64,000 bases of DNA from a virus (IMGVR_UViG_3300032330_001609:133975-197974); one strand, 5' to 3'. Shown: positions 19,198 to 29,698, counted from the stretch's first letter. Translations and numbers: made by a program. Notes: generated from the sequence alone by a model not told the origin.

Positions 19198-19663
19198 AAT
19201 GGAAAAAAAATTAATGCAAATTAAGAAAAAAGATATGTTCTTGAGAGAACAAGAAGAACCGGAAACTAAACAAGAAGAAAAAACAGAAACAGGTAAAATC
19301 AATGGGTTAGTTTCTAAACTACTTCATTCTAGAATACAAGTTCACATCTTCCATTGGCAAACAAAATCACAATCATCGTTTGCTGAACATATGGCTTTAG
19401 GTGGGTTTTATGAAGGTATTGGTGATTTAACAGATGGTTTAGTTGAAAGTTACCAAGGTAAACACGACATCATCACCGGGTATGATTCAATGAAACTTGA
19501 GGATTATCAAAGTGTTGAACAATTAATTAAATATTTCAAAGCATTAGACCTTGCAATTGAAAAAGATAGAAAAAGTGTAAAAGAATCTTATATTCAAAAT
19601 CAAATTGATACTATTCAAGAATTACTTTATTCCACATTATACAAATTACGTTTCTTAAAATAA
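19187..19663 (+). CDS. hypothetical protein
   Basis: 158 aa. Confidence 0.55.
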   Translation: MENKMEKKLMQIKKKDMFLREQEEPETKQEEKTETGKINGLVSKLLHSRIQVHIFHWQTKSQSSFAEHMALGGFYEGIGDLTDGLVESYQGKHDIITGYDSMKLEDYQSVEQLIKYFKALDLAIEKDRKSVKESYIQNQIDTIQELLYSTLYKLRFLK

Positions 19664-19665
19664 TA

Positions 19666-20607
19666 ATGAAAAACTTAATTACTAAAATATTAAAAGAATC
19701 TATACCGGGACCCGAAGTTGAAAAACGTGCGTTAACTCGTAAAGAGGTTACGTTATTTAAGTACTTAAATAAACATAAACAGGAGGCTAAAACGCAGGGT
19801 GGTTTATTGAAAGTTATTAAAAGTATGATGGGGGTTCTTGGGTTGCCAGCATCTGAGGCAAAATTTTATTATGAAGTTTATACTGCAAACTATAGACCTG
19901 ATGGGGATTATGAAAATATAACACCTGAGGAGTTCAGAGATTATAGATTATTCAAGGCGAAAAAGACACCTAATAATACCGCATATGAATATAGTTCCGC
20001 TAAAATACCATTCAAAGGTTCCAATCTTGAGGGTGAGTGGAAGGTTAATAATAGTAACCAGTGGTATTATGTTATAGAATCTTATGGATGGTACCCAATA
20101 TTCTTATTTATTAACGACCAATGGTATAGAGTTATGGATTCATACTCATCATCTACTGCAAAACAAATGAGTGCGGCAAATCCGGTTCATTGGAATAGTG
20201 GGTTGAAAGCTAACGTTGTTGGTGTGACTAGAGGTGAAATGAGTAACTTAATTGGTGGTAGATATGATTTAGAAGGTATGAAATCGGCAAGAGTTCCAAA
20301 CTTTGTTAAGAATATGAAAACTCAATTAGTGAGTAGTAAAAAATTAATTAGTTCAGGATGGGGTGAAAATGCTGTTAGAGTTAGTTACACCATTGATGAT
20401 ATCAATGAAGCCGATGGTAAAATTAAAATTCTTGTGAGTATTAATAAAGCGGGAAGAATGGTTGATAGAAAAATGGTACCAAACCCTGAATATCAAAATG
20501 ATGAACGATTATTAAATGATATTGAAACAGCAATCAAACAAAATATTATCAGAACCAATCCGGAATATCTGTCGGATGACAATGTAGACATACAATTCAA
20601 ACACTAA
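19666..20607 (+). CDS. hypothetical protein (MKNLITKILKES N-terminus)
   Basis: 313 aa. Confidence 0.6.
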   Translation: MKNLITKILKESIPGPEVEKRALTRKEVTLFKYLNKHKQEAKTQGGLLKVIKSMMGVLGLPASEAKFYYEVYTANYRPDGDYENITPEEFRDYRLFKAKKTPNNTAYEYSSAKIPFKGSNLEGEWKVNNSNQWYYVIESYGWYPIFLFINDQWYRVMDSYSSSTAKQMSAANPVHWNSGLKANVVGVTRGEMSNLIGGRYDLEGMKSARVPNFVKNMKTQLVSSKKLISSGWGENAVRVSYTIDDINEADGKIKILVSINKAGRMVDRKMVPNPEYQNDERLLNDIETAIKQNIIRTNPEYLSDDNVDIQFKH

Positions 20608-20611
20608 AATA

Positions 20612-20641
20612 AAGGGACTTAAAAAAGTTCCTTTTTTTTTT
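20612..20641 (+). terminator. rho-independent terminator
   Basis: gggact...agttcc followed by T9. Confidence 0.55.
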
Positions 20642-20672
20642 ATAAAAAGTTTGGTAAGTTAAAAAATAGTGT

Positions 20673-20680
20673 TATCTTTG
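20673..20680 (+). promoter_or_regulatory. Bacteroidota-type -7 box
   Basis: aaaaatagtgttatctttgtactc before 20702. Confidence 0.55.
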
Positions 20681-20701
20681 TACTCACAAAACAGATATAT
20701 T

Positions 20702-21451
20702 ATGACAACTACCACTACCACTACCACTACCGTTTCAAGAGTTAGAAATTACGAAGGTTCTAACCAATTTTTATTAAACCTTAAATCATCTTTACAAAGA
20801 TGGGGGAGCTTAACACCTAAACAAATGGAATTCGCTGAGAAAGCACTTAAAAGTGTTCAAACCGTTAATGTTGAGACTATGTCTGAAGACTTACAAAAGA
20901 TTGCTAAGTACGACGGACCAAACAGTTTCGTTAACGAAATCAAAAGTAAATTGATAAAGTACGGAACTTTGTCTGACAAACAGGTTAACGCAACTCTTAA
21001 TCAAATCCAAAAAGATATTGATAAGGCAAACACTCACAAGATGAGAATCCCAACTCCGGGAGAGACTGTAACTGTAGGTCGTAAGATTGGACAACAATTG
21101 AAAGAAACTTACGGATTAGAATTCAACCCAATGATTATTGATATCACTAAGTTGTTAGCAGTTTCACCAAAGGCGATTAAGTTCTCAGGGAAGATGACAA
21201 CAGGAAGAAGTAAAGTTTGTAGATGTTGTGCTAAAACATTGACTGACGAGTTCTCAATGTTAACCGGAGTTGGAAAGACTTGTGCTACTCATATGAGAAT
21301 CCCTTACATCACTGATGTAACTCAAGCTGACAGATTCCGTGAGGATTACTTGAAAAGAGTAGAAGAAATTGGTGAAATGGAATTTTGGGTACCTAAGTCT
21401 CAGGTTAAAAAATGGGATGGTAAGACAGAAATCATCTTAAAAATGATATAA
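20702..21451 (+). CDS. hypothetical protein with poly-Thr N-terminus
   Basis: The ORF-track start at 20669 lies inside the promoter box, so the first ATG at 20702 (MTTTTTTTTTV) was used. Confidence 0.6.
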   Translation: MTTTTTTTTTVSRVRNYEGSNQFLLNLKSSLQRWGSLTPKQMEFAEKALKSVQTVNVETMSEDLQKIAKYDGPNSFVNEIKSKLIKYGTLSDKQVNATLNQIQKDIDKANTHKMRIPTPGETVTVGRKIGQQLKETYGLEFNPMIIDITKLLAVSPKAIKFSGKMTTGRSKVCRCCAKTLTDEFSMLTGVGKTCATHMRIPYITDVTQADRFREDYLKRVEEIGEMEFWVPKSQVKKWDGKTEIILKMI

Positions 21452-21786
21452 TGTCACAATATTGTAGAAGACTGAACTCCTTGTTGTCTGAGATATACAA
21501 GGAGTTCCCCCAAATGAGGAGGCACCCGGAATACTGGTTTTATTATCTACATTGGGGTTATTCAGAGCCGAGGGAATATTTCTTTGTATTAACCAATAAT
21601 ATTCCGGATTCAAAAGATGATGGTTTACTAGTGTTCGTTAATACCACTGCACAGATATTTGGTTTTGTTGAGGGAGTATTGATGACACCGGATGATTTCA
21701 AAAAACATATTGGTGAACCTATGGAAGAATCGGCAAAAGATTTACGTGGTAGTGAGTTCAAAGTATTTGGATATGAGGTGTGGTAA
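21451..21786 (+). CDS. hypothetical protein
   Basis: 111 aa, ATGA overlap. Confidence 0.5.
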   Translation: MSQYCRRLNSLLSEIYKEFPQMRRHPEYWFYYLHWGYSEPREYFFVLTNNIPDSKDDGLLVFVNTTAQIFGFVEGVLMTPDDFKKHIGEPMEESAKDLRGSEFKVFGYEVW

Positions 21787-21839
21787 TTTGACTTTTGAAA
21801 AAAATAGATTATATTAGATGAACAAATAAAAACAAATTT

Positions 21840-22277
21840 ATGAACGTTAAAAAATCGTTAAAAGAAAAAAACCGATTGGTTAAAGAAATCCAAGAACTTT
21901 ACGCTAGATTGTCTCAGTACAATTCAGTTGAGGTTGGAAATGTGAGACCCTATTCTCCTAAAGATATGCTTGAGCAAATCAATGAGAAAAGTAATGAGTT
22001 AGTGGAACTTAAAACCAAAATCCACAAGGCAAACACTCCGGTGTACGATAAAATATTCAGATTGTCTGAATTAAAATCTACAATTGCAAGATTAAAATCT
22101 TTGGATTGTACAGAAGGTGTGAGTACAGATTACTACTCACGAAATAGAGAGAATCCACCGGTAAAAACTGCTGCGGTATCAGTGGTTGAGAGAGATGAGA
22201 TGGTTAAAAATATGGAAGGAATGATTGAAGACCTTCAGGATATTTTGGATAACCATAATCAGAATACCGAGATATAA
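21840..22277 (+). CDS. coiled-coil protein
   Basis: 145 aa. Confidence 0.5.
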   Translation: MNVKKSLKEKNRLVKEIQELYARLSQYNSVEVGNVRPYSPKDMLEQINEKSNELVELKTKIHKANTPVYDKIFRLSELKSTIARLKSLDCTEGVSTDYYSRNRENPPVKTAAVSVVERDEMVKNMEGMIEDLQDILDNHNQNTEI

Positions 22278-22418
22278 TAGTTCAGAGTTCGGGAGGGATT
22301 TAATAAGACAAGATGGTAACTACCATTTCCTTACAAATTATTCAGAGAGCATTGATAAATGATTGTGATAAAGACGGACATTAAAACCTCAAGATTCAAA
22401 TTTTCAAACCTAAACGGT

Positions 22419-22508
22419 CAAAACTTAAAACTCTTTTAGAATTTTATTATTGAACTTCCAACCTGACTATAAAAAAACCCTCACTTCGGTGGGGGTTTTG
22501 TATTTTTA
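22419..22508. repeat. direct repeat copy 1 (about 90 bp) containing a bidirectional terminator
   Basis: About 90% identical to 23436-23524; contains ccctcac-ttcg-gtggggg. Confidence 0.7.
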
Positions 22509-22520
22509 ATTTGTTATGAA

Positions 22521-23363
22521 TTAATTTAATGTTATGTTATATGCACTACCATTAGAGTGTGTGTAAGTAGCTAAATTATCACATTGATTATTTCCATAAT
22601 CTAAAATACCATCTAAAAAACTTCCAAGTAGTTTTAATTTTCCTTGTGAAATATTATTACAAGTATATTTTTTAATTAATGGTTCAACAACAGTAATATT
22701 TAATGGAAAACCACCTTCTTTAATTATTGTATGATTACCTGAAGTTATTTCATAAATGTTGTCTGTAAAAATTAATGTATTTGCTCCCTCTATTTGTTTA
22801 ATTGTTCTTGTTCCGTAATGATTAAATACTATACCTGACGAAGTAGTAATTTTTCCGTTTGTTATAGTTCTAGTCCATTGTGGAATATTAGGGTTTACAG
22901 TGGTATTTTCATAAACAATAGTTCCTTCTATTTTTTCACCATTTACATAATAATTATTTCCTCTTTGGATGGTCATTATACTACCACTATTTAATATGTA
23001 ATTAGAAATTGTTATAGTTATAATTCCGGAACGAGTTATTCCGTTGTTATTACAACTTGTACCAAAATCAACCGTAAAAGATTTTGGAAAAACACCGGGA
23101 GTTGGATTATTAACAGTTACTGTTGCACAAGATAATACAGAATTTGATTGCGAAATTGTATTTAATCTATTACTATAACTTGAATAGTTGTTTGAAACAT
23201 CAATACCCGAGTTAAAATCTAATTCATTAGTTAAATCAATTTTTGATGAAGTAGTGATTAATTGTTTATCAACATTTAGATTTAGATTTTCATCTTTGTT
23301 ACAAGATATAAAATTTAAGGACAAGAACAAAAGTCCAAAAATGTAAAATTTTAAGTTTTTCAT
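22521..23363 (-). CDS. lipoprotein
   Basis: Signal peptide with lipobox-like LNFISC at the N-terminus; Asn/Thr-rich. Confidence 0.7.
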   Translation of the reverse strand: MKNLKFYIFGLLFLSLNFISCNKDENLNLNVDKQLITTSSKIDLTNELDFNSGIDVSNNYSSYSNRLNTISQSNSVLSCATVTVNNPTPGVFPKSFTVDFGTSCNNNGITRSGIITITISNYILNSGSIMTIQRGNNYYVNGEKIEGTIVYENTTVNPNIPQWTRTITNGKITTSSGIVFNHYGTRTIKQIEGANTLIFTDNIYEITSGNHTIIKEGGFPLNITVVEPLIKKYTCNNISQGKLKLLGSFLDGILDYGNNQCDNLATYTHSNGSAYNITLN

Positions 23364-23435
23364 AATTTTTTTTTTTAATTTTATTTGTTATTTTTATTCA
23401 TATATTTGTAAATATAATAAAAAACATTAATTTGT

Positions 23436-23524
23436 CAAAACTTAAAACTCTTTTTGATTTACTTATTGAACTTCCAACCTGACTATAAAAAAACCCTCAC
23501 TTCGGTGTGGGTTTTGTATTTTTA
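23436..23524. repeat. direct repeat copy 2 containing a bidirectional terminator
   Basis: Matches 22419-22508. Confidence 0.7.
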
Positions 23525-24217
23525 GAATCTTATCTCGTAATCTATGTTAACATCTTGTTCTTCTTCGGTGTTATAATTAAAGTCAAAATATATAGTTTTA
23601 TCTCTTGGGTTAAATTCCCAACTTCCTTGAGCACCTTCATTATTTTCCCATCCCGCATAATTACTACTAATCATAGAATACATTAGTTCTTCTATTGGTC
23701 TTGGAATATCATATCGTTCTCCGTTAATATACATATCATCTTCAATGTAACCGTCATCACCTCCACCACTAAAATTAACACTAGCGTTATCGTCACCAAG
23801 TCGTTCAAATAATTCAACAACAGCGTTATATTCTTCTTCAGTATATTCTGATTTAATATCGTCTAAACTATACTCACTACCGTGTGGTTCAGAACCATAA
23901 ACAGTTTCGTAAGCGTATATGTTTAATATTCTTTCTTTACAATCAATCTCAACTTCAATTCTTTGTGAACCATCACACTCTGTAAATCTATCAGTAATTG
24001 ATTCGTCATCAACTAATTTTTCAACAAGGTCATCAATTTTATCATAACTTTCAATAGACCTACTTACTTGATTTGAATACCAATTATCGTCTTTCCAATC
24101 TCTACTACAAGCTGATAAGTAAATTGTTGTATATACTCTATCAGCACCATTTGAACGGCAATAATAGGCAAATACTTGTAATGTTTTTAATTCTTCCGGA
24201 GTTAATTGTGGTACCAT
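23522..24217 (-). CDS. hypothetical acidic protein
   Basis: 231 aa. Confidence 0.6.
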   Translation of the reverse strand: MVPQLTPEELKTLQVFAYYCRSNGADRVYTTIYLSACSRDWKDDNWYSNQVSRSIESYDKIDDLVEKLVDDESITDRFTECDGSQRIEVEIDCKERILNIYAYETVYGSEPHGSEYSLDDIKSEYTEEEYNAVVELFERLGDDNASVNFSGGGDDGYIEDDMYINGERYDIPRPIEELMYSMISSNYAGWENNEGAQGSWEFNPRDKTIYFDFNYNTEEEQDVNIDYEIRF

Positions 24218-24240
24218 AAATCTTTTTTATTATAAATATG

Positions 24241-24591
24241 TTAATCTACGTTAATTTCCATAGTCCTCAACATCCACATTGGTTTTTCTTTGGATTCCAT
24301 CGCTAGTATCCACTCACGAGCAGTTGGGATGTAGTTATAACAATCTTCTTTAACGTGTTGTTCACCCACATAACGTGTATAAACGGTTTTTCCGTCACTA
24401 TTTGTGAACATTGGGCCAAACTTTTGTTCCATCTCAAATATTCCCTCAGAGTGGTGTCTAAACATTCTATGAGATGAATGTCCATACCATCCCTTTGTCT
24501 CATCAAGCCAGTTATGTAAGTGGATATAATCTTCCCATATACCACCAAACTTCTTGGCGGATGATTTTGCGTGAATAATTGGATGTGCCAT
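24241..24591 (-). CDS. hypothetical protein
   Basis: 116 aa. Confidence 0.55.
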   Translation of the reverse strand: MAHPIIHAKSSAKKFGGIWEDYIHLHNWLDETKGWYGHSSHRMFRHHSEGIFEMEQKFGPMFTNSDGKTVYTRYVGEQHVKEDCYNYIPTAREWILAMESKEKPMWMLRTMEINVD

Positions 24592-24641
24592 TTCTATAGT
24601 TTTAACTATTTATAATTATAATTTAAGAAACGAAATAATAA

Positions 24642-25163
24642 ATGAAAATAATCATTACCGAATCACGTTATAAAAACATTCTATTCAGATATTGGGATAA
24701 GTTTGGTGGTGACATCAATAAACAATTTATTCTTAATTTTGGGTTGGATAATAATAATGGTGATATTTCATATGAACAAGCCTACAAATATCTTATTGAA
24801 TGGAGAGGTATTGAAGAATCTAAAAACCTTGCAAATACACTATTACTTCAGAACCCACATCATATAGATGAATATGGTGGATACGATTTCTTTTTTGAGG
24901 TGACAGATATTAAAAAGTGGGGACTTGATGATGATGAACCATTTGTGACGGTTAAAACTAAAGTTGATGATTTAAGTGGTGAAGTTACTATAATAGATGG
25001 TAACACATATGAATTATCGGATGCCTTAGGTAATGATGAGTATGGATGGGAAGTTGAAGATGAGGTTAATTGGGGTATCAACGATTATTTCAAGGAAAAA
25101 ATAACATCAAAAACCGGGATTAAAGTAATATTCTTTAGACCTGACTTTACTAGCAAACAATAA
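24642..25163 (+). CDS. MKIIITE-family protein
   Basis: N-terminus MKIIITESRYKNILFRYWDKF. Confidence 0.6.
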   Translation: MKIIITESRYKNILFRYWDKFGGDINKQFILNFGLDNNNGDISYEQAYKYLIEWRGIEESKNLANTLLLQNPHHIDEYGGYDFFFEVTDIKKWGLDDDEPFVTVKTKVDDLSGEVTIIDGNTYELSDALGNDEYGWEVEDEVNWGINDYFKEKITSKTGIKVIFFRPDFTSKQ

Positions 25164-25164
25164 T

Positions 25165-26202
25165 ATGAGTGAAAAATACTTAAAATACGTAAATGCCTTT
25201 AATAATGGTGATATGGATGAATTATTACCATATTTTGAAACTGTGGAAAACATATTAAGGTTTTTCCATAAAAAAGATTTATTGGACTATATTGACCCAT
25301 TTGATAGTGAATTGGCAGATTATCAAATAGAGATATTAAATTACTCATTAAACGTTGCTAATGATAAGGAAATCTTAGAAAAATGTATTGCACAACTATC
25401 TGATGTTATATATAAAGATGATACTTATTATTTATATCTTAGAGATAGAGAGGATTTGGCGGATTTATTTTATGGTGGTAGTCGTGATACTTCTGCTAGA
25501 GATGTTGCCAAAATGGTGTTAGGTGAAGATGATATGTGGGATAGATGGGGGAACACAACAGATGATATCTATAGAGATGTTATTGAAGAACTTGATGCAA
25601 AAAATATAGAACATCTAAAACAATATATGTTAAATGTGTTAACCAATTGGAAAATTGAAATTGATGATGAGACACCTGATTTATTTCATAATTACGCTGA
25701 TGATGAAGGTATTTTTTATTTAACACCTGAAAATGTTGGTGATGTGATTGGTGATGAGGAATCGTTTATGTATTTAATTGATAATGATTATTTAGATATT
25801 TTATCAGGTGAATTATATAGTGTTCACTCAAATGCTTATAATAGTGCGTATGAGACTGAAGTATACAATAATGTTTTTGGTGAATTGGAAACATTTTTTG
25901 ATGTAAAAACATCTAAGTGGGAATCAATACCATCAAGTTATAATCCTGAAAAACTTATTGAACATTATGTGTTACAATTTAACCCAAATGAGCTTGTTAA
26001 CTCTATTCGCAAATATGTTGCTGAAAGAAATAATTGGGGGTATTATGATTATAATATTGATAGTGTTGGTACTTGGATACATATGATGAATACTTTAATG
26101 GATAATGGTGATGAACCTTGGCTTGATTTTAGAATACCGGATTACCCTGATAGTAGTTTAGTTGACAAATACATAAATGAGTTTTTCCCTGATTACATAT
26201 AA
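25165..26202 (+). CDS. hypothetical acidic protein
   Basis: 345 aa. Confidence 0.6.
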   Translation: MSEKYLKYVNAFNNGDMDELLPYFETVENILRFFHKKDLLDYIDPFDSELADYQIEILNYSLNVANDKEILEKCIAQLSDVIYKDDTYYLYLRDREDLADLFYGGSRDTSARDVAKMVLGEDDMWDRWGNTTDDIYRDVIEELDAKNIEHLKQYMLNVLTNWKIEIDDETPDLFHNYADDEGIFYLTPENVGDVIGDEESFMYLIDNDYLDILSGELYSVHSNAYNSAYETEVYNNVFGELETFFDVKTSKWESIPSSYNPEKLIEHYVLQFNPNELVNSIRKYVAERNNWGYYDYNIDSVGTWIHMMNTLMDNGDEPWLDFRIPDYPDSSLVDKYINEFFPDYI

Positions 26203-26564
26203 TGACACCGGAAGAAAAAATAAATAAATTAAATGGGTTAATCCGTAGAATTGTTAATAAAGACAATAAAATGGAGGGACAATATACTATGCCATATTCA
26301 ACAGCAGATGATGACTATGCTGATTGGAAAATTGAATTCAATGTTGAAAAAATTAGTTTATGGGAAACTGAAAAATATGATAAATGTAAATATAGTGGTT
26401 CAGTTTATCTAAATGCTGATGTTATGATTGGATTTGAAGGTGATTGGGAAGAATATATGATATGGGATTTACCGGGTTGGGTTCAGGAAGATATTGAAGA
26501 TAAAATCTTAGATAATATTGAAAAGTTTTTACCTATGGTTTGTGTTGATTTAACGTTTAATTAA
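26202..26564 (+). CDS. hypothetical protein
   Basis: 120 aa. Confidence 0.5.
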   Translation: MTPEEKINKLNGLIRRIVNKDNKMEGQYTMPYSTADDDYADWKIEFNVEKISLWETEKYDKCKYSGSVYLNADVMIGFEGDWEEYMIWDLPGWVQEDIEDKILDNIEKFLPMVCVDLTFN

Positions 26565-27244
26565 CCCAATTTATTACCAAAGGTATCATAATATTTAATA
26601 ACTCCAACACTAAACATATAATCATCATCAAACATATTTTTCTGACTATTAATTTCTTTGATAATTTCCCAAAGTAAATCTGTTTCTTGTTCTTGTGATG
26701 ATTCATTATAAATAAATCCTTCAATAAATTCTGATAAAGTATCATCATCAATTTCTTTAGGTTCATTATCTTCACCAATAAGTTGAGGATTACTTAATTC
26801 TAATGATACGTGAAGATATAAAGCTTCGGTATCAGGATATTCAATTGACCAATCTCTAACGTAACAATCTGAGGTAAGTGTCTCATCATCCACAAGTTTA
26901 ATAACGTTCAACCTATCACATTTTTGGTTAATTTTATTACTTAAATCTCTACTAATGTGAACATCGGATTCAGTTAATTTACAATAATTTCTTGATAGTT
27001 CTGACCAATCAATTTTTATATTGGGATTATCAACACCCGTAATTCCGGCTAATCTTAAAAAGTTATATAACATTTCCTCAAGATGACCTTCAACTACATT
27101 GGATGAGAATGATATATCATTAGGGTTTTCAACTTCCCACTTTATTTTATTATCAACCATAAATGGATGTAATACCAATCCGAACATTATGGTTGGTTTT
27201 TTAAGTTTGTCGTAATATAATTTTATTAATCTTTGTGATACCAT
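26561..27244 (-). CDS. hypothetical protein
   Basis: 227 aa. Confidence 0.55.
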   Translation of the reverse strand: MVSQRLIKLYYDKLKKPTIMFGLVLHPFMVDNKIKWEVENPNDISFSSNVVEGHLEEMLYNFLRLAGITGVDNPNIKIDWSELSRNYCKLTESDVHISRDLSNKINQKCDRLNVIKLVDDETLTSDCYVRDWSIEYPDTEALYLHVSLELSNPQLIGEDNEPKEIDDDTLSEFIEGFIYNESSQEQETDLLWEIIKEINSQKNMFDDDYMFSVGVIKYYDTFGNKLG

Positions 27245-27257
27245 AACTATAAATATA

Positions 27258-27270
27258 CATATTTATTAAA
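27258..27270 (+). promoter_or_regulatory. GATATTTAT-class motif
   Basis: catatttattaaa before 27285. Confidence 0.4.
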
Positions 27271-27284
27271 TAGAATACAAGAAT

Positions 27285-27830
27285 ATGAAAGATAGAAAAA
27301 AAGTATTAAATGATTTAATTACTAACTTTGGATTAGAGAAAGCATCTACGATGACAGGGTTATCAAAACTTGATTTAATTAGACGAAGTGAGTGTTATAT
27401 TGATTTAACTATGGCAAATGATATTCTTGGTGATTTAATTAATGAGGGTTTATTCCCAATGAAATACAAAAATTGTCAGATAAGTATTGATAGATTTAGT
27501 GGTACCATAGATTGGTATTGTGATTGGTCTGAGGATAATTGGCGTGATTACAGAGAAGAAACTACTTATACATTAGCAACACCATTTTGGGATATTAGTG
27601 ATGGTATTCCGGTTGACACTAATTCATACGATGGGGTTGATTTTTTTGATAGTATAATCCATTTCAACGAAGATGATTTTGATAGAAGTGAACCATATAC
27701 ATTTATTAAATGGAAAGATGGTTTTGATAATCTTGCGTTATACGATAGATGGATAAGAAGATTTTATTTACCACAGGTCTATTATGTTATTAAACAACAT
27801 TTAGAAGGTTATCGTAATTTTACTCATTAA
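27285..27830 (+). CDS. hypothetical protein
   Basis: 181 aa; CATATTTATTAAA upstream. Confidence 0.55.
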   Translation: MKDRKKVLNDLITNFGLEKASTMTGLSKLDLIRRSECYIDLTMANDILGDLINEGLFPMKYKNCQISIDRFSGTIDWYCDWSEDNWRDYREETTYTLATPFWDISDGIPVDTNSYDGVDFFDSIIHFNEDDFDRSEPYTFIKWKDGFDNLALYDRWIRRFYLPQVYYVIKQHLEGYRNFTH

Positions 27831-28642
27831 ATAACTACAACACCTTTACCATTAGCTCTAGTGATAATATTAGGTTTTTCTTCCATTCTAAATAAGAAAG
27901 TGTCTCCATTTTCATAACCTTGATAATCTTCAGATATTTCTTGATAATCTCTTAATATTAAAGTTTGATTATTGTTATAGAAATTATTGGAGTCTTCATT
28001 ATCTACTTGTTCGTCGTGTTTTAATCCTGCGAAATACATTTTCCAACGACCACTCCAAGAAACAAAGTCAGTATAAGTTATTTCAGCAGAATCTTTTGAT
28101 TCTATTTTACCATCGCCATCACAATATCCGCATTGAACTTCACCATCACCACTACAATAACCACAAGATTCTGTACCATTACCGTTACATCTTCCACAAG
28201 TATTTCTTCCGGCACCTTGACATACATCACATTCTTCACCTTCTTCATCAACACCTGAACCATCACAATATTCACAATCTTCTTCACCGGTTCCATCACA
28301 ACTACGACATTCTTCATCACCGGTTCCATCACAATGGTCACAATTTTCAAATCCTCCACGACATTCTCCACAATCAACGGTAGGTTCAGTATCATATACT
28401 TCAATTAATTCAATGGTAAACATATTATATTCAATTCTATCGTAGTCTTCATCAATATCTGATTCCATATTAAAACGTGGGATTAATAATGAATAAATTA
28501 CCAAGTCTTTAGCATTAAGAACGTGTGATAATGCGGAATAATGTGTATTATTTAATATTTCTCTATATACTCCGGTAGGACTTTGATTCTTAAAACTTCT
28601 ACCTGTTTTTTTTACTAAGGTTAATAATTTGTGTTTTTCCAT
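27827..28642 (-). CDS. DnaJ-like CR-type zinc-finger repeat protein
   Basis: Seven to eight CxxCxGxG repeats (CDHCDGTG, CRSCDGTG, CEYCDGSG, CDVCQGAG, CGRCNGNG, CGYCSGDG, CGYCDGDG). Confidence 0.7.
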   Translation of the reverse strand: MEKHKLLTLVKKTGRSFKNQSPTGVYREILNNTHYSALSHVLNAKDLVIYSLLIPRFNMESDIDEDYDRIEYNMFTIELIEVYDTEPTVDCGECRGGFENCDHCDGTGDEECRSCDGTGEEDCEYCDGSGVDEEGEECDVCQGAGRNTCGRCNGNGTESCGYCSGDGEVQCGYCDGDGKIESKDSAEITYTDFVSWSGRWKMYFAGLKHDEQVDNEDSNNFYNNNQTLILRDYQEISEDYQGYENGDTFLFRMEEKPNIITRANGKGVVVI

Positions 28643-28670
28643 TGTATGCGTTTAACAATAAATATATTCA

Positions 28671-28684
28671 AGATATTTATAATT
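28671..28684 (+). promoter_or_regulatory. GATATTTAT-class motif
   Basis: agatatttataatt directly before the ATG at 28685. Confidence 0.45.
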
Positions 28685-29215
28685 ATGAAAATTAAGATTA
28701 CAGAATCACAATATAATAAATTATTTATTCGAGAGGAAGAAGAAGTTGATGATATTACACCTGACTTTAACAAAACGGTGTATAATCCTGAAGACAAATC
28801 AGTAGTTGGCGCTTATATGATTGTTGGTGAAACTGAAAAAATGATTGAAGTATTAAACATTCACGAACAATTAGATAATTCAGGATTGTTTATGGATGGT
28901 GCGGAATCATACAACATTTATATTTATTTTTCAAAGTTACCAAAATCTCAAATTGAAATACTTGGACCGGTTGAAGGTAAGGAAGGTTTTGTGTTTATTA
29001 AAATACCTTATTGGTTGTTTAAGAAAGATTCAAAAGCATTATCAATTAAAAGAAGTTTAGTTAAGAAAAGATTATCAATGTCAAGAGGTCAACTTTATGA
29101 TGATTTTCTTAAAAACATAAATAATCCTGATGTTGAAAAGTATTTTTTTGTAATTGATACTGATGATAGTAGTAGACAACGATTCAAATACTACCAAAGA
29201 CATTATAAAGGATAA
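28685..29215 (+). CDS. MKIIITE-family protein
   Basis: True start taken at MKIKITESQYNKLF (ORF-track start 28631); AGATATTTATAATT immediately upstream. Confidence 0.55.
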   Translation: MKIKITESQYNKLFIREEEEVDDITPDFNKTVYNPEDKSVVGAYMIVGETEKMIEVLNIHEQLDNSGLFMDGAESYNIYIYFSKLPKSQIEILGPVEGKEGFVFIKIPYWLFKKDSKALSIKRSLVKKRLSMSRGQLYDDFLKNINNPDVEKYFFVIDTDDSSRQRFKYYQRHYKG

Positions 29216-29218
29216 TTC

Positions 29219-29698
29219 TTAAATTTGTGTTACATCACCAAGTTCATCGTCTAACATTTCACTATCTCTAGTATCTTCTTCGTATAAATCTCCATCAAAA
29301 ACATCTAAGGTACCTTCACTTTTCAGGGAGTACAAAAGGTCATTAACCTCATCTTTATCGGAATATAATGAAATTGTGTTTCTATAATATTCGTTAACTA
29401 TTGTTTTCATTTGTACTATCCAATCATATTCATAATTTTTTAATGTTGGCTTTTTTAATGGTGAGGTAAGAGAATTTTCTTCAAAAATATCACCATTTAA
29501 TTTAATAACATTATATAGAAAATCAGTATCTTGAATTGACGGGTTAATTGAAAATAGTTTACAGACACCTTCAACCACTTGATAAAATTGCCAATCAGCT
29601 GAATTGTCAACCATATCAATATCAATTTTATCAATAATTTGTCTAATAACTGAGAAGATAATTCTATCACTCATTTTTTCAAATGCACTGTGTTCCAT
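29219..29698 (-). CDS. hypothetical acidic protein
   Basis: 159 aa. Confidence 0.55.
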   Translation of the reverse strand: MEHSAFEKMSDRIIFSVIRQIIDKIDIDMVDNSADWQFYQVVEGVCKLFSINPSIQDTDFLYNVIKLNGDIFEENSLTSPLKKPTLKNYEYDWIVQMKTIVNEYYRNTISLYSDKDEVNDLLYSLKSEGTLDVFDGDLYEEDTRDSEMLDDELGDVTQI

